DNA from: the human T2T-CHM13v2.0 reference genome, Homo sapiens
DNA: 64,000 nucleotides
NCBI RefSeq assembly: GCF_009914755.1
Contig: NC_060931.1
Reading direction: 5' to 3' (one strand)
Part shown: in pieces, positions 63,041 through 64,000 of the stretch
Layout: each line of letters opens with the position of its first letter
Position numbering within the stretch: the stretch's first letter is position 1
Notes under the pieces: generated by a model
The model's database searches: none
Seen by the model: the letters and a program-made list of their open reading frames with translations, nothing else
Told to the model about the DNA's origin: nothing
Program-made: the position numbers and the translations under genes

Positions 63041-64000
63041 AAAATCATTTATCTGCTTGGTAAGCTGATCACTTTATAAACTCTTCAGTGAACAGGGGCT
63101 AGTGTGTTGCTCTTCCCAGTAGTACTAATTAGGAGATAATAGAAATAGAGGAATCATAAAGTTGGCCCTCTGTGTCCACCCTCTTTATGGTGGTTCTGGG
63201 GAGGACTTGGAGGCTGTCAAGCTCATCCAGATGCTTCTGGATATTAGCATACATTAATCAAAATTCATGTTCAAAGTCTTAAATTTTTCTTCTAACAGAG
63301 CCAAGCTACCAGATTATTTTTCTTTATGTCTTATTAATTCCCAAAGGAGATATCTACTCTATCTTCAGAAATAAAGAATAGTTGATTTTGAGTTTCGTTA
63401 AGTATTCTAAATAGAATGACAATTTCTGTTTTGAAAAATAATTTCCCATTGAATCTTCAAAATAACTGGGAAAGAAAGATTGAGGTAGAGTTAACAATTC
63501 TGATTGTTATTTCTCACTACATCCTTCAATTTGGATGTACTTTCTCGTGGCACAAAGGCTTCCGGCACAGAGAGAAGAAGCCCTGTTGGGTTTTTCCACT
63601 TTGACTTGGGTGGTGTAAATTAATGTGATCAGATCGGAAAGGTGCAGGAACAGAAAGTGCATGCAGCAAGTTGTAGTAGGAGGGAGTAGGTATTTCGAAT
63701 CAACCAAACCTAGTCTTCAGGCTGGGCATCGGCACTTAGTCAGTGTGTGAACTTAGGCAGACTGTTTAACCTTTCCTCTAACAGAGTGGTAACATGCCCT
63801 CTCCCTGTGCCAAGTTCTTGTGAAGACTAGACACCCTGAGTATGAAGCTGCAGATTCAGGCTGTGATGGTTACTGCCATTGTGACATGGGACTAGAACAG
63901 AGAGGACACACATTTTCACATTGTTATTTTGAATGCACTGTATTTCTATATTCTATAAAGATGGCACATAGTAGGCACTTTTCATATTTCTGGGAAATAA

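Overview
This is primate, most likely human, genomic DNA: AT-rich, CpG-poor and dense in repeats. The only host coding sequence I can support is one 80-bp exon on the + strand (30650-30729), which the ORF track misses. It encodes (K)VNGKLVALKVIRLQEEEGTPFTAIRE(A), the VAIK-lysine and PFTAIRE helix of the kinase CDK14/PFTK1, so the window is the inside of CDK14 (human 7q21 by recall) with more than 30 kb of intron on each side. The rest is mostly transposon fossils. These include a near full-length but mutated sense-oriented L1PA (46566-52700, 19-bp TSD), several truncated L1s (one with a twin-priming inversion), about 12 Alu/FRAM copies, solo LTRs (LTR18, MER31, MER51/52-like, MST, MLT1, MER11), DNA transposon relics (MER20, MER5, MER2, MER58A, MER20B, MER53), MIR/L2 relics and microsatellites. 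Nearly all ORFs in the track are L1 fragments or chance Alu/simple-repeat frames. I found no evidence of a new multi-gene system. The most unusual local structures are a fold-back hairpin built around an L1 fragment (37038-37170), a short Alu piece that looks like an inverted templated copy of a specific neighbouring Alu (53238-53309 vs 54793-54864), and inverted L1 and Alu pairs bracketing the kinase exon. Repeat subfamily names come from recalled consensus sequences, not a database search.
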